Shown here: positions 17,321-26,805 of the stretch, piece by piece | Numbering within the stretch: position 1 is the first letter of the stretch | Layout of the letters: every line of letters starts with the position of its first letter | Assembly (NCBI GenBank): GCA_030637025.1 | Contig: DAOVVV010000004.1 | Span: forward strand, 1 to 64,000 | DNA from: Clostridia bacterium | Lineage (GTDB): Bacteria > CBDUZB01 > JAGLHV01 | Reading direction: 5' to 3' | Length of the DNA: 64,000 bases | The notes under the pieces: model-generated | Told to the model about the DNA's origin: nothing | What the model saw: only the letters and a program-made list of their open reading frames with translations | Database searches by the model: none | Position numbers and translations under genes: made by a program

Positions 17321-18793
17321 TTAATCCTTTATATATGTCCAATTTATTTTCGTTTTCTCTTTTATAAATCTTTTAACCTCCTCTATAGTTTTTTTATCAT
17401 TTCTACAACAAATCATTACTTCACTCTTAAATTTCAAGTTACAAGATTTTCCGTTTTTATCTTTAATTGTTCCTTTAAATAACTTAGAAAAAAGTTTATT
17501 TTTCTTAATTCCGGTATAATCAATATATAGATTTTCTATTCCTTTTGGATAAAATTTTACTTGAGGTGAAAAAACTATCAAAATACCATTTTTATCTATG
17601 CCAATTTTCTTTGCCAAAGCTTCTTCTCTTTTTCTTCTCTTCTGAAATTCTTTATAGTTGCTTTCTTGTTCTGGAATAAAACAACCTATTCTTTTAAATA
17701 ATAATCTATTTTCTATCTCAAATATTATTTTGGCAATATTCCTTGATTTTCTTCGTAATTTTGAAATAATTGTTTTATCATCATCGTAAAAGCAAACATA
17801 ATCCGGCTTTTTATTTTTAAAATAGTTAAAAAGCCCTCTCAACATCATCTCTTGTGCTATCAAAGGAACATGATGGTAAATGAAACTTTTATATGCAGTA
17901 AATCGCAAAGAAAATAAATTAAAGACAGCAGGAATTATTTTTGATTTAATTATAATATTCCTTTTATTAGAATTTTTATTTCGTTTAGTATATATATTTT
18001 GGCAAATTTTCCGGACATCAGCTGCTCCACCAGAAGGCACCCCACTATAATAAGCATCTCTTACCATATAATCTAATTTATCAATATCCACAGGTCCATT
18101 TAATAACAGAGAAATCCCCATATTATCTAATATTTCCCCTGGGTCTTCTCCATCAATGTTACATCTTATTATTCTAAGAAATTGATCTTCACTTAATCCA
18201 TTATCTAAATCAAATTTTTTTACTTTCGTAAATATTTCAACTAATATACTTTTCAAGCATCCTATCTCGTTCAAAATAATATTTTTAGCTCTTTTTTCAT
18301 GATTATGGTCATCTCCTCCTAACTTAAGAATTTCAAACAAAATCTCACTCATGTGAGAAAACGGACCGTGACCGATATCATGCAATAAAGCACTTATTTT
18401 AAAGGCCATTTTCTCTAATTTTTGTCCCGGTTCTTTTTCATCTTTGAAATAATTATTATCACATATTTTACAGGCTAAATAGTATGTTCCCAATGAATGT
18501 TCAAATCTAGTATGATTAGCACCAGGAAAGGCAAGATCGCAAAAAGATAATTGTCCAATTCTTTTTAACCTTTGCATATAACAGGTATCAATTAAAATAT
18601 TTGCTATGTTATCTATCGGAATTTCACCATAAATCGGACTTGTTACTCTACGAGAAATTTTATCAAGTTTATTCTTATCATCTAATTTATCAATTCTTTT
18701 CTTTATCCGTTTTCTGCATTGCTGACAACGTTTTTTTATTCCACCGGTACAATCATCATGAAATCCGTATGGTTTATAAGTATGTTTAGTCAC
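17321..18793 (-). CDS. HD-superfamily phosphohydrolase (SAMHD1/dNTPase-like)
   Basis: QRLKRIGQL, HTRFEHSLG, LLHDIGHGPFSH, DIDKLDYMVRD; GTG start at 18793 behind AGGAGG. Confidence 0.88.
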   Translation of the reverse strand: MTKHTYKPYGFHDDCTGGIKKRCQQCRKRIKKRIDKLDDKNKLDKISRRVTSPIYGEIPIDNIANILIDTCYMQRLKRIGQLSFCDLAFPGANHTRFEHSLGTYYLACKICDNNYFKDEKEPGQKLEKMAFKISALLHDIGHGPFSHMSEILFEILKLGGDDHNHEKRAKNIILNEIGCLKSILVEIFTKVKKFDLDNGLSEDQFLRIIRCNIDGEDPGEILDNMGISLLLNGPVDIDKLDYMVRDAYYSGVPSGGAADVRKICQNIYTKRNKNSNKRNIIIKSKIIPAVFNLFSLRFTAYKSFIYHHVPLIAQEMMLRGLFNYFKNKKPDYVCFYDDDKTIISKLRRKSRNIAKIIFEIENRLLFKRIGCFIPEQESNYKEFQKRRKREEALAKKIGIDKNGILIVFSPQVKFYPKGIENLYIDYTGIKKNKLFSKLFKGTIKDKNGKSCNLKFKSEVMICCRNDKKTIEEVKRFIKEKTKINWTYIKD

Positions 18794-18841
18794 TTTCGCC
18801 CTCCTCAACCTGTCCCATCTACGAGACGGGACAGGTTTTTT

Positions 18842-18890
18842 AAAATAAAAAAACCGACTTGCTACCTGTCTTTAGGTAACTAAGTCGGTT
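18842..18890 (-). terminator. Intrinsic terminator, riboswitch expression platform
   Basis: AACCGACTT-AGTTACCTAAAGACAGGTAGC-AAGTCGGTT followed by a U-tract on the minus strand. Confidence 0.8.
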
Positions 18891-18912
18891 ATTGTTTGCT
18901 TTTATTTGCTCT

Positions 18913-18999
18913 CTTCGGTGACCCGGCGATCATAGGAATTTTTCCCCTTCAGACCCGTAGTTTTGCGTCCCCTAATTTCTTAAGGTTTGCCTTTTCGGA
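18913..18999 (-). ncRNA. Cyclic di-GMP-I (GEMM) riboswitch
   Basis: Minus strand AAGGCAAACCTTAAGAAATTAGGGGACGCAAAACTACGGGTCTGAAG...ATGATCGCCGGGTCACCGAA reproduces the GGCAAACC/GAAA/GGGACGCAAA...ACCGA consensus. Confidence 0.9.
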
Positions 19000-19023
19000 T
19001 TTATTATGTTCGTTACATCAACA

Positions 19024-19052
19024 AATGTATCTCCCCTTTACTTGTTTGTCAA
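19024..19052 (-). promoter_or_regulatory. Promoter upstream of the riboswitch
   Basis: TTGACA-17 bp-TACATT. Confidence 0.7.
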
Positions 19053-19077
19053 GGGGTAAATTTTATTCTGTATAAGG

Positions 19078-19180
19078 AGTAGTTAAAATGTCACTAAGAA
19101 TACTTTTGCCCCTGAAAGAATAAAAAAATCTGAGCTTTTTGTTTTTTCATCTATTGACATTTGTTATAGTATTGTTCCCC
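19078..19180. mobile_element. Hybrid family C/family D element
   Basis: agtagttaaaatgtcactaagaatacttt (C) joined to ttgacatttgttatagtattgttcccc (D end). Confidence 0.75.
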
Positions 19181-19203
19181 ATCTGTATTATTTACTTTAA
19201 AGA

Positions 19204-19500
19204 TTATTTTTGTGCTATTTTCTTTTTCAATTGTTTGATTTCTAATTTAAGTTCCTCTATTTCTTTCCTTGTTCCGATATTTACTTTTTCTAATACCTCC
19301 TCAGTTATCTTTTCAATTTGTTTTTCTAATTCTTTTTTAGTTTTCTCCCCTTTTTTAATTAACTCATTTACTAATTCTTTCCCTTCATCCTGCCCAACTT
19401 CCCCTTTTTTGATTAATTCATCCACTACTTCTTCCGCCTTTTATTTAGTCGTAATCAACGTTCCTAAACCTAAATTAAACAAATTTTTAACTGTACTCAT
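19204..19500 (-). pseudogene. Phasin-family protein with in-frame TAA at 19441-19443
   Basis: MSTVKNLFNLGLGTLITTK*KAEEVVDELIKKGE...TRKEIEELK; RBS GGAGG upstream of ATG 19500. Confidence 0.8.
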
Positions 19501-19526
19501 TTCGTACCCCTCCTTTCTCGTATGGA

Positions 19527-19724
19527 CTATTTTACCAAAGACGCAACAATCATTGCTATTCCAAGCAATCCCAATAAATATCCTGATAGACAAAATAAGT
19601 TATCAGGTAAAGATAGCCATTCTTTTGACCAATTTCTTGCTTTATCGGGAATAATGGAAATGATAAATCCAATAAAGATAATTAATGTTCCTATTGCTAT
19701 TAGAAGAATTCTTGTTATTTCCAT
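19527..19724 (-). CDS. Small membrane protein (DUF2065-like)
   Basis: 65 aa, two TM helices, in operon context. Confidence 0.55.
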   Translation of the reverse strand: MEITRILLIAIGTLIIFIGFIISIIPDKARNWSKEWLSLPDNLFCLSGYLLGLLGIAMIVASLVK

Positions 19725-19730
19725 CGGTTT

Positions 19731-21071
19731 TTAAAAACTGTATTTGAATTTTAGATATATCTCATCGTTATTTTTTACTTTCCCGAAATTAGTAGTATCT
19801 TTCCCATCAATTAAATACGCTCCCAGGGTTATCTCCGTATTGTCTACGGGATAATAATTTACTTCAGGGAAAAGTATAGTTGCCAGATTATTTTCTATCT
19901 TGTCCCAATCTTTAATTTCTACACCGAAACTTAATTTAGCTTTTAACTCATCATTAAAAAATTTCTTTTCGATTCCAGCCATTAAGTAATCTTCTAAATT
20001 ATCTTTACCTCTCTCATGAATAAATCCATGAAGAAATTGGCTGTTGATGTAAAAACCATTTTTGAAGGTATAATCCCAACCGAAAACATACTTGAAATAA
20101 ACTTCGTCCTCTAAGGCGATAGAGGTTTGTGTATCGACTCCCAGCGTAGATGTTTCCATTTTTACTTTTTCGGGGATAAAACATGCTCCCTCAGTCCAGA
20201 TACCGATATCGCCAATTGCCCCTGCAAGGTCAACTCCAATTACATGCATCTTTGGATAAATCATTTCGGTTCTTATATCTACTGTTGTAGATGTAATAGG
20301 GGTTATTTCCACTTTGTTAATCAAAGGTAAATCATCCCTTCCATAAAAATAGCTGACGGATAAATCGTTGTTTAATAAATTCCCGGCTATTTTTACAGCG
20401 AGCATTGAGCTTTCTTCCGGATTATCCTCCGGTAAAATTACTGAATCAGTAAAATTGCGTAAGGTTATCCCCTCGGGAAAAGAAATAGGTGAGGAAAGTG
20501 CCGACGACCACTCGCTGGAAGGAAGTACTGCCGGAGTAAAAAGGGGAATATATACCCCGGTAAAGGTATAACCTCCTAAATAGTAGGTCAGTTTCATAGA
20601 GTTGGTACTTAATTTTCGTCCAAAATCCATTATGTCTTCCAGATCATCAGGATTGAGATTATCTGTAGGATTGAGTTTGTCGGCTGTTCCCCATGCAATT
20701 CTTTGTCTACCGACCCGTAATTCCAGATTATTAGTAAATAACTTGTAAAAATCGATATAGGCTTCTCTAAATTCAATTGTCCAGGGACTAATTTTTTCTT
20801 TCCCTTTTTCCTGTAAATCAGATGATTGGGATACAGTAGGAAAGCCTACTCCTCTCAACCAAATTTCACTATAAAAATGTGCTCCGGAAATATCCGAATC
20901 AAGTTTTAATGCCAAACGATTATCGTTCCAGGTAAACTTGTTATACTCTTCTTCCAGCCTTAATCTGTTATCAGTAAGAACATAACCACTTAAATTTACT
21001 TCAGCAAAAGAGACTCTGGAAGTTAATAGTAAAAAACCTGAAATTATCAAGAAAAATATAAATTTACGCAT
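19731..21071 (-). CDS. Outer-membrane beta-barrel (DUF1302-like)
   Basis: Signal peptide, FREAYID, VGRQRIAWG, NPTDNLNP, C-terminal KYSF. Confidence 0.8.
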   Translation of the reverse strand: MRKFIFFLIISGFLLLTSRVSFAEVNLSGYVLTDNRLRLEEEYNKFTWNDNRLALKLDSDISGAHFYSEIWLRGVGFPTVSQSSDLQEKGKEKISPWTIEFREAYIDFYKLFTNNLELRVGRQRIAWGTADKLNPTDNLNPDDLEDIMDFGRKLSTNSMKLTYYLGGYTFTGVYIPLFTPAVLPSSEWSSALSSPISFPEGITLRNFTDSVILPEDNPEESSMLAVKIAGNLLNNDLSVSYFYGRDDLPLINKVEITPITSTTVDIRTEMIYPKMHVIGVDLAGAIGDIGIWTEGACFIPEKVKMETSTLGVDTQTSIALEDEVYFKYVFGWDYTFKNGFYINSQFLHGFIHERGKDNLEDYLMAGIEKKFFNDELKAKLSFGVEIKDWDKIENNLATILFPEVNYYPVDNTEITLGAYLIDGKDTTNFGKVKNNDEIYLKFKYSF

Positions 21072-21100
21072 TGTACAATTATCCTCCCTTATTCACTTTT

Positions 21101-21940
21101 TTACTTCCGCTTAAGATAACGTTGAGAAAATAATTCGTCCTTTAGACCCTGATCAAATTTAACTTCACTAATAAGCATTTTAGTTTTGTGTACTTTTTTA
21201 AGGTCACTCATTTCTGTCTCTTTAGAAATCCAATATTTTGCTTCTTTTACTATTTTTCGTCTTTCCATTACTTTCCAGAGTTTTCCCTCCTGGGAATAAT
21301 GTTCAATCCTGGCTGGATAAAAATTGTCTTTTCTTACCCACATTACCAATTTAGAATAGTCCTTTTTGATTCCTTTTTTAGGTTTGAGTTCAAGAAGATA
21401 ATGCTCACATTTTTTGCTTTCCAATTCCTTTTCTTTTTCAGCAGAAACTGACACTATTTCTTTCTTGCTTTCCGTTAATAATCCCGGCACCCATTCATCA
21501 GCATAATTGATAGAAGCCATATCATCGTAGGTAAAATCAGTACCTGCAAAACTGGTATTTTTCACATGAGAAGCAATTCTTCTTATTTTTTTGAAAGCAG
21601 GCAGGTAGAGATACATCATATCATTGGGTAAATCTAAGAATGACAGGCCCTTCACATCCGCCGGTGAAAGAAATTTAATCATTCTTTTTTCACTACCTTT
21701 CTGCAACATCTTGGCTTCTCTCTTTTTTTCTTTTCCTTTCTTATCAATAAGAATCATTTCCATTATAATTTCTTGATCCTTCGGTGCATTGGCAACATTA
21801 TCAGATTTTTTTAGAATTTCAAGAGCGGTAAATTCTTTTTTTCGTGCTTCTGACTTTTTTTCCTGAGCTAAAGAGGGAACAATCATTACTAAGGCTAAAA
21901 CCCATACTTCTATCATCATAAAGAATTTTTTTGCTTTCAT
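21101..21940 (-). CDS. LolA-like outer membrane lipoprotein-sorting protein
   Basis: FLSPADVKG, YLYLPAFKKIRRI, SFAGTDFTYDD. Confidence 0.88.
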   Translation of the reverse strand: MKAKKFFMMIEVWVLALVMIVPSLAQEKKSEARKKEFTALEILKKSDNVANAPKDQEIIMEMILIDKKGKEKKREAKMLQKGSEKRMIKFLSPADVKGLSFLDLPNDMMYLYLPAFKKIRRIASHVKNTSFAGTDFTYDDMASINYADEWVPGLLTESKKEIVSVSAEKEKELESKKCEHYLLELKPKKGIKKDYSKLVMWVRKDNFYPARIEHYSQEGKLWKVMERRKIVKEAKYWISKETEMSDLKKVHKTKMLISEVKFDQGLKDELFSQRYLKRK

Positions 21941-21980
21941 TTTTGAATCCTCCTTTTTATCTACCTCTTTTTATTAATAA

Positions 21981-24900
21981 TTAAATTTTGTTATTGGTAA
22001 CTTTTTTCACCCCCTCTCTCATCCCTCTTTTGATTTTTCCCTTCACATTAGAGATTAAGTTCTTGGTTAACCGATCAAAGTTACCAATGAATCCGGCCTT
22101 AGTTAATAAAATTAATGCAGGTAACAGAGTAATTGAACTCAAAGCACTAATAATCATAGTTAAAGCAATTAAATAACCAAACCTTTGCATAGGAACGATA
22201 TTTCCCAAAACTAATACCAGAAAACCCATCATTACTGAAAGAGCATTGATGATAATAGCTTTCCCCGTAGTTTCTAAAGTTTTATCCAAAGCTTCTAATT
22301 CACTCTTTCCTTTGGCAAATTCAACTTTAAACCGGGAAATAAAATGGATTGAATAATCAATTCCAATTCCTACAGCTACACTACTAATTAAAACGGTAAC
22401 TATATCCAGCGGTATATTAAAAATCGACATTACGGTAAAATTGAAGAGAATCGTAAAGATAATCGGAGATATTGAAATCAATCCACCAACCAAAGACTTC
22501 AACCGAAAGGCAAGAAGAATAAAAACTAAGAAAATAGCAATGGAAAGACTGAAAACTTGACTTTGTATTATTTTCCGATCAATATCCATATAAATTATCG
22601 GCATTCCTGTTTGTGCAATAGTTAATTTAACCTTATTCCCAATAGGGTCATTCGTATCGTTGGAAAATTTACTATATTTTGAACTTGCCAGAGCAAACCA
22701 ATCCTCATTTATTTCCCAGATATCGTCTCGTAAATCTTTCAAAAATTCTTCATTTCCCCTTAAACTCCGTGGAAAAAGCGGCTTTAATTCATCCATAAGT
22801 TGATTAACCCTTACCCACCTTTTCTCCTCATTTATAATTGCAATAATTGAAGAAGCCGTATATTCCAGAATTTCCGGTTCTTCAATGTAAAGTATTTCCG
22901 GAACATTTTTTCTTAAAATGGCAATAATATCCTTTTCTCCGGGAGTATTCACCTGTAACTTTTTAGCAATACCACTAATAATTATTGTAATACCCTGCTT
23001 TGATTTTATCTGGATATCTGCTTCCTCAGAATGGAAGTAGTTACTGATTTTCGTTTCTATAATCTTTATAAATTCCTTATCAAATCCTTTCTTCTCAACT
23101 AAAATACTTGCGGTAATTATTTTCTTTAAATTATCATAAATGATTACGTTTTTACTTCCCACTTTTGAAGAAATAGGGGGTCTTTTTTGTATATCCCACT
23201 TTATTTTGGATAAGATTTGTTCTACCCGCTGTTTTTTCAATTCCTCAGCCAATTTATCAGAAGCCAGAGAAATTTTGATTTTAACCGAATCAATATTAAG
23301 TTTTTCTTCCAAATAGTTATTAACTGCTTTTACTAAAACATCCATCTCCTTTGTCTCTACCGTTCCCATTTTAGCCTGAATTAGACCTTCAGTAGCTTCA
23401 CTATTTATCAATTGATCCAGAACCTCCTGCCCCTCAATAAAAAACCAAAGATTTGCTACCTCTTCTTTAGTTTCAGGAATAGTAGAATGTCCATTCATCA
23501 CCCAATTCATTTCACAAATCAGGTCGGCAATTGACTGGGGGTCATTAACATGGGGCTGAGCATCTAAAAACTTCTCCAGTTTTACCATTTCCTTTAAAAC
23601 GAAAGGATCTTTCAAATCCCCGTTGACTAATAGTTGAATAGGAATAGAACCACCCAACTTATTTTCCATCATTTCCTCAGCTTGCCTAATTTCACTATTC
23701 TTTTTGAAGTAATCAATCATATTGATATTTCGATTTAAATGTGGAACAACAAGAAAACTTATTATCATCAATACAGCACATCCACCAACGATAAGTTTTT
23801 CTTTTCTGAGTACAAATTTTCCTAATTTATCCATAATCCTTGTTGTCCAACCGTCTTCTACCCCCTGATGATTTAACTTAATTTTTCTAACTTTCAACAG
23901 GGAAAGAACTGCCGGTAAAAAAGTTACCGAAACAATCATAGCAAAGAACACCCCGACAGCAGTAAAAAGACCAAAATCCTTGATCAAACCTAAAGGAGAA
24001 GATAAAAAGGCCAGGAACCCAATCAACGTAGTAATCCCGGCCAATAATATGGGAATACCTACTTCACTTAGGGCGTCTTTTATCCCCTGTATTTTATCGT
24101 CTCCCTTACAAATATCTTCGTTATATTTAGAAAGCATATGAATTCCATAGGCACTGCCAATAGCAACGAGTAAAACGGGCACGGCATCTGAGGCAATAGT
24201 AAGAGGAATTTTTAATAAACTCATTATTCCTACTGTCCAAATTGTGCTCATCAAGACACAGGACAAAGGTAAAAATATCCCCCGTAAACTCTTAAAACTA
24301 AAATAAAGTATTAGCATCACCAGGATAACAACCATCGGGGTAAGTTTTATTAAATCAGCCTGAATTATATCAGTTAAGAAAATCATCTGAAATGGTATAC
24401 CACCGTAATATATCTTTTCTTTTCCCGATGTATTCTGAACTATCTTTTTCATTTGTTGGGCAACAGCTATTTTATCAATATCTTCTTTTAAACGGGCAAT
24501 AATTACTGTGATTTTACTATCAGCAGAAACCAGACTCCCCCGATACATATCTTTGGAAAGAGTATATTCTTTTATTTTTTTGATTTTTTCAAAATCCTGA
24601 GGAATATCATCTTTGTCAATAAGTTTTCCAACTTCCAAACCACCCTCAATTTTCTTAATATCCAGAATATCAGTCAAGCTCATCACCTGGGAAATTTCAT
24701 CCATATTCTTAAACTTTTGGGTAATTTGATTAACTCTATTGAGTGTTTCATAGTTAAAAATATCTTCTTTTTCCAGGGCAACTACAGCCAGGGAATTACC
24801 TCCAAATTTATCTCCAACCTCATTAAAAAGTACTACCAGCGGATCATTCTGAGGCAAATAACTCAAAATATCACTGTTGATTTTGATGTCTTTTAGATGA

Positions 24901-24983
24901 TAGCCTAAAAAAAAGGTAACACCTACGGTTAGCAAAATAATTATTATGCGGAACTTAAGAACAAACTCAGCAAATTTTCGCAT
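21981..24983 (-). CDS. MMPL/RND-family transporter
   Basis: Two TM blocks with AIGSAYGIH and GIGIDYSIHF; 1000 aa. Confidence 0.9.
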   Translation of the reverse strand: MRKFAEFVLKFRIIIILLTVGVTFFLGYHLKDIKINSDILSYLPQNDPLVVLFNEVGDKFGGNSLAVVALEKEDIFNYETLNRVNQITQKFKNMDEISQVMSLTDILDIKKIEGGLEVGKLIDKDDIPQDFEKIKKIKEYTLSKDMYRGSLVSADSKITVIIARLKEDIDKIAVAQQMKKIVQNTSGKEKIYYGGIPFQMIFLTDIIQADLIKLTPMVVILVMLILYFSFKSLRGIFLPLSCVLMSTIWTVGIMSLLKIPLTIASDAVPVLLVAIGSAYGIHMLSKYNEDICKGDDKIQGIKDALSEVGIPILLAGITTLIGFLAFLSSPLGLIKDFGLFTAVGVFFAMIVSVTFLPAVLSLLKVRKIKLNHQGVEDGWTTRIMDKLGKFVLRKEKLIVGGCAVLMIISFLVVPHLNRNINMIDYFKKNSEIRQAEEMMENKLGGSIPIQLLVNGDLKDPFVLKEMVKLEKFLDAQPHVNDPQSIADLICEMNWVMNGHSTIPETKEEVANLWFFIEGQEVLDQLINSEATEGLIQAKMGTVETKEMDVLVKAVNNYLEEKLNIDSVKIKISLASDKLAEELKKQRVEQILSKIKWDIQKRPPISSKVGSKNVIIYDNLKKIITASILVEKKGFDKEFIKIIETKISNYFHSEEADIQIKSKQGITIIISGIAKKLQVNTPGEKDIIAILRKNVPEILYIEEPEILEYTASSIIAIINEEKRWVRVNQLMDELKPLFPRSLRGNEEFLKDLRDDIWEINEDWFALASSKYSKFSNDTNDPIGNKVKLTIAQTGMPIIYMDIDRKIIQSQVFSLSIAIFLVFILLAFRLKSLVGGLISISPIIFTILFNFTVMSIFNIPLDIVTVLISSVAVGIGIDYSIHFISRFKVEFAKGKSELEALDKTLETTGKAIIINALSVMMGFLVLVLGNIVPMQRFGYLIALTMIISALSSITLLPALILLTKAGFIGNFDRLTKNLISNVKGKIKRGMREGVKKVTNNKI

Positions 24984-24998
24984 ATTTTTTCTCCTCTT

Positions 24999-25997
24999 TT
25001 AATTTAGTTTTTTTCTTCGGTAAATTTCCTTTATCAATGCTAAGTTAGATAACGTTGCTAATTCACCGGCTCGAATACATTCCTCTGCACGATTAAATTC
25101 CGTAAATTTAACTTGTCCGACTTGCGGGTTAATAAGTATATCTACTTTCCCTCCTCTTAACGAGGATTCCACCATTTTCTCTTCCGCTATTTTTATTGCC
25201 TGGTATAGTACAGTAATAATATTGGGTAGTGATTTATCTTCCCCTTTTTGAAATCGTTTAACAATCTGTTTCCACTTCTCACTGCTTATCAGTTTCTCTT
25301 TTAATAGTTTATCAAATTTAGTTTTGATCACTGCAAGGTCTAATCCGGACAAACGAGATTCATTATGTTTGATGGATTTATTTTTCTTTGCTAAAACAGA
25401 AGCGGGTAATAGAAGTTTTTTAGAAGGTTTTTTTCTCTTCGGACCGGAAATAACATTAACCGCAATAATAATATCTGCTCCCATTTTTTTCACTACACTT
25501 ATTGGAATAGGATTAACCAATCCTCCATCGACTAAAATTTTCCCCCCATTCCTGACCGGAGTAAAAATCCCCGGGATTGAAGCACTGGCCCGGATTGCTT
25601 CTACTATCAACCCTTGCTGAATAATTACTTCCTCTCCTGTTTCAATATCTGTAGCCACAGCAGCAAAAGGTATTTTGAGTTCCTCAATCTTTTTATTCTT
25701 TACCAGGGTTTTGATGAAAATTTTCACTTTTTTCCCATTGATAAATCCTGACCTGGGAATAACAAAATCCATTAACCGGCCTAACCTTTTCCAGTCCACT
25801 TCCATCGCTATTCTTTCCATCTCATCCACAGACATTCCTACGGCATAGGCTCCACCAACTAATGCCCCTATACTCGTTCCCGCAATTAAATCAATAGGGA
25901 TTTTATTTTCTTCCAAAACTTTTAATACACCGATATGAGCTAAACCCCGTGCCGCTCCGCTTCCCAGGGCTAAACCTATTTTTAATTTTTTCTTCAC
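24999..25997 (-). CDS. Patatin-like phospholipase
   Basis: GSGAARG, GTSIG nucleophile motif, DGG. Confidence 0.92.
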   Translation of the reverse strand: MKKKLKIGLALGSGAARGLAHIGVLKVLEENKIPIDLIAGTSIGALVGGAYAVGMSVDEMERIAMEVDWKRLGRLMDFVIPRSGFINGKKVKIFIKTLVKNKKIEELKIPFAAVATDIETGEEVIIQQGLIVEAIRASASIPGIFTPVRNGGKILVDGGLVNPIPISVVKKMGADIIIAVNVISGPKRKKPSKKLLLPASVLAKKNKSIKHNESRLSGLDLAVIKTKFDKLLKEKLISSEKWKQIVKRFQKGEDKSLPNIITVLYQAIKIAEEKMVESSLRGGKVDILINPQVGQVKFTEFNRAEECIRAGELATLSNLALIKEIYRRKKLN

Positions 25998-26150
25998 TTT
26001 CTATAACCTCCTGGACATTTATATTAGTCCCATTCTAACAGGATTCGAAAAGAACTTCTCTGTTTTCTCTTTAGTTAGTACTATTACTCCTAAACCAGCT
26101 GGCAAAATATTGATGGTAAAATCAGTAACTTTGTCCTTTATCTCTTCTAC

Positions 26151-26798
26151 TTAAAAAGTGAAATATTTTATTAAGTATTTTAACGCTATCGCAGAAATTA
26201 GTGGTAACCATAAGTTATCGTAGGGGAATAATAACTCGATTGTAGTTGCTACCATTGCTCCAAACAAAGCAATCTTATAGTTAAAGAAAATAATTCCAAT
26301 CAAAAAACAAACCAAGAAACAAACTAAACTTCCTTCAAAAGTTTTTCTCATCAATCTTATTTTCCCAAATTTTTGACCAATAATAGCAGCCATGCTATCA
26401 CCGAATACTTGATATAATAGAGCAACTAATACAATTGATCTTTGGGTAAAAAGAAGCATAGTAAAAAAAGCACCAGCAAAGGTAAAAGGAAGTACAGAAG
26501 GTTGTCTAATTTCTTCTTTGCGGTATGATCCTTGAACGAAAAAATTTCTTAACCACCATTTATTTATTTTAGGAAAAAACAATCGTAAAAATTCAAAAAC
26601 TACTATCAATAAAAGTAGAATACCCATAACCAAAATAACAAGATTCCGAGGGAAAAAATAATAGCTGACAATGTAAAATATACTACAGAAATGAAACCCT
26701 TTGCGTTTTAGTTCCTTTTTTTGGTATACAGACATATCTTGATAGTTCTTTATTAGCCAATTCCGAATAATATAGTTTTTTTTCCCTGTATTCATCAT
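26151..26798 (-). CDS. CTP-dependent dolichol/phytol kinase-like membrane protein
   Basis: RKGFH, GDSMAAIIG...KTFEGS, DNL motifs. Confidence 0.82.
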   Translation of the reverse strand: MMNTGKKNYIIRNWLIKNYQDMSVYQKKELKRKGFHFCSIFYIVSYYFFPRNLVILVMGILLLLIVVFEFLRLFFPKINKWWLRNFFVQGSYRKEEIRQPSVLPFTFAGAFFTMLLFTQRSIVLVALLYQVFGDSMAAIIGQKFGKIRLMRKTFEGSLVCFLVCFLIGIIFFNYKIALFGAMVATTIELLFPYDNLWLPLISAIALKYLIKYFTF

Positions 26799-26805
26799 TA
26801 TTTAT

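Noticed and set aside
18966-18972. CGTCCCC as an element terminus
   Set aside because: It is the conserved GGGACGC segment of the riboswitch aptamer.
3219-19443. Two in-frame TAA codons at probable Glu/Gln positions (3219, 19441) as evidence of stop-codon recoding
   Set aside because: TAA terminates many intact genes here (e.g. typA, nitroreductase, FtsH-like). Point mutation or sequencing error is simpler.
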